A stretch of 64,000 nucleotides of DNA from Candidatus Hydrogenedens sp. (GTDB lineage Bacteria; Hydrogenedentota; Hydrogenedentia; Hydrogenedentales; Hydrogenedentaceae): the NCBI GenBank assembly GCA_049968235.1, contig JBMFRC010000013.1, positions 18,422 through 82,421 on the forward strand, written 5' to 3'. This document shows, piece after piece, positions 61,164 to 64,000 of the stretch. Numbering within the stretch: the first letter of the stretch is position 1; each line of letters begins with the position of its first letter. A program made the translations under genes and the position numbers. Below the pieces are notes generated by a model. It saw nothing but the letters and a program-made list of their open reading frames with translations. It was not told where the DNA came from and searched no databases.

Positions 61164-61299
61164 GACAATTCTTGTTGAGTTATACAGGTTAGGTAAGTCC
61201 GATTTGTTTAAGGTGTCTGTCCTTACTGATAATTTCTCTCCTCAAACAGTTTGTAATAAAAATCTTTTTTGATTGTTTCATGTTATATAATATATTTAT

Positions 61300-62223
61300 A
61301 TGACATGGTATCAAGTATTTTATAGTGAAAAAAAAGGTTTTACCCTGATTGAGTTGCTGGTCGTTATTGCCATCATTGCAATTCTGGCTGGTATTCTTTT
61401 ACCTGCCTTATCCCGTGCCCGCGAAGCAAGCAGACGCTCTTCCTGTGCAAACAATTTGAAACAGATTGGCTTATCCCTAATTATGTATGCCAACGAAAGC
61501 AAAGGGAATTTCTATCCCCCTATTAAAGCAATAAAGACCCCCTGGACGGAGAATGCAATCCCCTGTAGCGTGGTAAATACAGAAGAATCATTTTTTGAAC
61601 CAAAATGGATGTATCCAGAATATCTGTCTGATTTGAACATATTGATTTGCCCTTCGGATATTGACCGCTCTATTGCATTGGGTCCAGGGGGTTGGATTAA
61701 TCAAGAAACCGATGAACCCGATTTATGCAAAATCAATGACATTTCATATAGCTACCTAGGCTGGGTAGTCATTCCATCACTTTATTTAATCCCCAACGGA
61801 AATGAACAGGCACCTGACCCACGCACAGAGATTGAAGGGGCCTTTGTTACTGTATTCCGTGAGATGCTGGATGAAGCATCGAACGCACCCCTTAATTCCG
61901 TTGCGAAGATATACGACCGTGATTTGCCTTTTTATCCATTTTATCCCGGTGATACTCAAAAACGAGTGGTATATCGTTTAAGAGATGGCGTGGAAAGGTT
62001 CTTGAATTTCAGTACCTCTACAACAGGAATCCCGATAATATGGGATAATTTATTCAAAAAAGGAGAAGGCGAAGAGTATAATACACCCATGTTAAATCAT
62101 CAGCCCGGCGGAGGAAATGTTTTATATCTTGACGGACATGTTGAATTCATCCGTTATCCATACCAATTCCCTTATACCCACGTATGGTTAACAGTATGCA
62201 ATCAAATGAATGGCTTCCATTAG
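61300..62223 (+). CDS. prepilin-type N-terminal cleavage/methylation domain protein of the DUF1559 (H-X9-DG) family
   Basis: [25 protein letters not shown] pilin-like N-terminus; C-terminal [14 protein letters not shown]. Confidence 0.7.
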   Translation: MTWYQVFYSEKKGFTLIELLVVIAIIAILAGILLPALSRAREASRRSSCANNLKQIGLSLIMYANESKGNFYPPIKAIKTPWTENAIPCSVVNTEESFFEPKWMYPEYLSDLNILICPSDIDRSIALGPGGWINQETDEPDLCKINDISYSYLGWVVIPSLYLIPNGNEQAPDPRTEIEGAFVTVFREMLDEASNAPLNSVAKIYDRDLPFYPFYPGDTQKRVVYRLRDGVERFLNFSTSTTGIPIIWDNLFKKGEGEEYNTPMLNHQPGGGNVLYLDGHVEFIRYPYQFPYTHVWLTVCNQMNGFH

Positions 62224-62297
62224 GGAACTTAAAATTACCAGGAGTGTTTATTATTATCAGATTGCCATACAAAAAAAATGGTTAGAAGGAAAAGAAT

Positions 62298-63764
62298 ATG
62301 AAAAACATGTCGCGTCGTGAGTTTGTGCAGAGAATTTCAGCCTTCAGCATAGGTTCATTTATACTTTCGCAAACGGCTTTTCCTGATGGAAACAAAAAGA
62401 AGAAACATAGTCGCCCCAATTTTATTGTCATATTAGCGGATGACCTCGGAGCAAAGGAACTATCTTGCTATGGGAATAAAGAAATACACACACCCAACTT
62501 AGACCGTATGGCACAGGAAGGTGTGAAGTTTGAAACTTGCTATGCTACACCAATTTGTCATCCGACACGAGTTATGCTGTTAACAGGACAGTATGGGTGT
62601 CATAATGGAATCTATAATTTTGCTAATATGCGAGGTGGAGCGGAGCCTAACAGTGATATAGAAGACATTGCAAAAAGTCATAGAACCTTTATTAATCTGC
62701 TGAAAGAAGCAGGCTATGCAACTGCCATGTCCGGCAAATGGCAACTTTCCGGTAAACTTCCCAAACTTATTTTTGAATGCGGATTTGACGAATATTGCAC
62801 ATGGGCATATAAAGAATATATACCGCCGGATGTTCAATATACAAGTGGATTTGAAGGTGATGGTAAATATGCCCGCTATTGGCACCCATCCATCGTCCGC
62901 AATGGGGAATATGTCCCTACAAAACCTGATGACTATGGACCAGATATACATAACCAATTCGTTATTGATTTTATAAACCGCCATAAAGACCAACTGTTTG
63001 TGGTTTATTATCCGACCTGTTTGACCCATGCACCACATCTACCAACACCCGATTCCAAGAAAGAAGGAGATGATTTAACAAAGAATGATAAACGGAACTT
63101 CAAAGCCGATGTAGAATATCTGGATAAATTAATGGGCAAACTATTGCAGGAAATTGAGAAAGCAGAACTGAAGGAAAAAACCATCGTTATTTTCACAGGA
63201 GATAATGGCACAGGTGGAGCAGGAAAAGGTGAACCTACGGAATTGGGGGCACGTGTACCCATGATAATCTGGGGACCGGGCTATGTCAAACAACAGGGTA
63301 GTGTAATGGAACTGACCGACCTATCTGATATTCTCCCAACACTATGCGATTGGGCTGGTGTCTCCATACCCAAGGACAAACCTATTGATGGCGTATCGTT
63401 AGTGCCATTTTTAACAGGAAAAAGCAAGTCGACTCGTGAGTGGATATTCAGTTTTATTGCAGACCGTCGCATTTTGCGGACAAAACATTGGTTATTAGAA
63501 GACAATTCGCCTCTCCATTATGGAAAACTTTTTGACTGCGGTGACAGTCGCGACGGAACTGGCTATAAAAAAGTAACAAATTCCGATGACCCCGAAGTTA
63601 TCAAAGCCAAAGAATATTTCAACCAACTATTAGAAAAACTTCCCGCTCCTAAATTAGACCACGAAGGTCCCCCCACAGAAAAGAAAAAAGGACGAAGAAA
63701 CAAACAAGAACGAAAAGAAAATAAAACTAACAAGAGAACAAAGATAAATACTTCGACTACATAA
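62298..63764 (+). CDS. Tat-exported formylglycine-dependent sulfatase
   Basis: SRREFVQR twin-arginine signal; sulfatase signature CHPTR within YATPICHPTRVMLLTGQY. Confidence 0.8.
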   Translation: MKNMSRREFVQRISAFSIGSFILSQTAFPDGNKKKKHSRPNFIVILADDLGAKELSCYGNKEIHTPNLDRMAQEGVKFETCYATPICHPTRVMLLTGQYGCHNGIYNFANMRGGAEPNSDIEDIAKSHRTFINLLKEAGYATAMSGKWQLSGKLPKLIFECGFDEYCTWAYKEYIPPDVQYTSGFEGDGKYARYWHPSIVRNGEYVPTKPDDYGPDIHNQFVIDFINRHKDQLFVVYYPTCLTHAPHLPTPDSKKEGDDLTKNDKRNFKADVEYLDKLMGKLLQEIEKAELKEKTIVIFTGDNGTGGAGKGEPTELGARVPMIIWGPGYVKQQGSVMELTDLSDILPTLCDWAGVSIPKDKPIDGVSLVPFLTGKSKSTREWIFSFIADRRILRTKHWLLEDNSPLHYGKLFDCGDSRDGTGYKKVTNSDDPEVIKAKEYFNQLLEKLPAPKLDHEGPPTEKKKGRRNKQERKENKTNKRTKINTSTT

Positions 63765-64000
63765 AGCCATCATTTTGTATGCTTCCACAGAATATAATTT
63801 GAAAGAACAAAAGAGGTCCTAAAAGGGTAAAGATTTTTGCATACCTCTCTACCATTTCAATAACCAAGATTTGTTGGTCAACAGCCATTGTTTGTAAAGG
63901 TAATTAAATGAGAAATTTCCATTTATACCCATCAGATGTGTCCAAACTGTCCGATAAAATCCGACTTCCCTCCCCACTACTAAAAAATGATAGAAAGTCC

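Overview
This 64 kb window is a chromosomal segment of a moderately AT-rich bacterium with dense coding. Its gene content looks Planctomycetes/PVC-like (DUF1559 prepilin-like protein, sulfatase with a Tat signal, GH2 and GH172 glycosidases, many secreted or membrane proteins of unknown function), but that placement is an inference. Housekeeping genes identified from protein motifs are anmK, adk, dapB, mnmA, fumC, queF, a tRNA-Val(TAC), and a complete pyruvate dehydrogenase operon (aceE, aceF, lpd). A flagellar type-III export operon fliQ-fliR-flhB-flhA-flhF-flhG is present and lacks fliP in the locus. Three tandem Hsp20 genes sit behind a very good sigma-54 (-24/-12) promoter with an upstream inverted-repeat element. 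The most unusual region is an eight-gene same-strand run from 29485 down to 21524. It is headed by a DUF134 regulator, a tiny Arg/Gly-repeat protein and a His-rich NifX-like protein, all behind a perfect 22-bp palindrome. It continues into a membrane protein and a 790-aa fusion of a neutral-ceramidase domain with a C45/isopenicillin-N-acyltransferase-like Ntn-hydrolase domain. A secreted zinc phospholipase-C-like protein lies elsewhere in the window. A small restriction-modification-like islet, an intact HNH endonuclease next to a doubly disrupted beta-class DNA methyltransferase, lies just downstream of lpd. Two further genes are disrupted: a beta-helix protein by an in-frame TAG, and a PASTA lipoprotein by a probable homopolymer frameshift. 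These are either real decay or assembly errors. No CRISPR array, rRNA or obvious transposase was seen. All calls come from reading the ORF translations and the DNA by eye; nothing was searched or computed.
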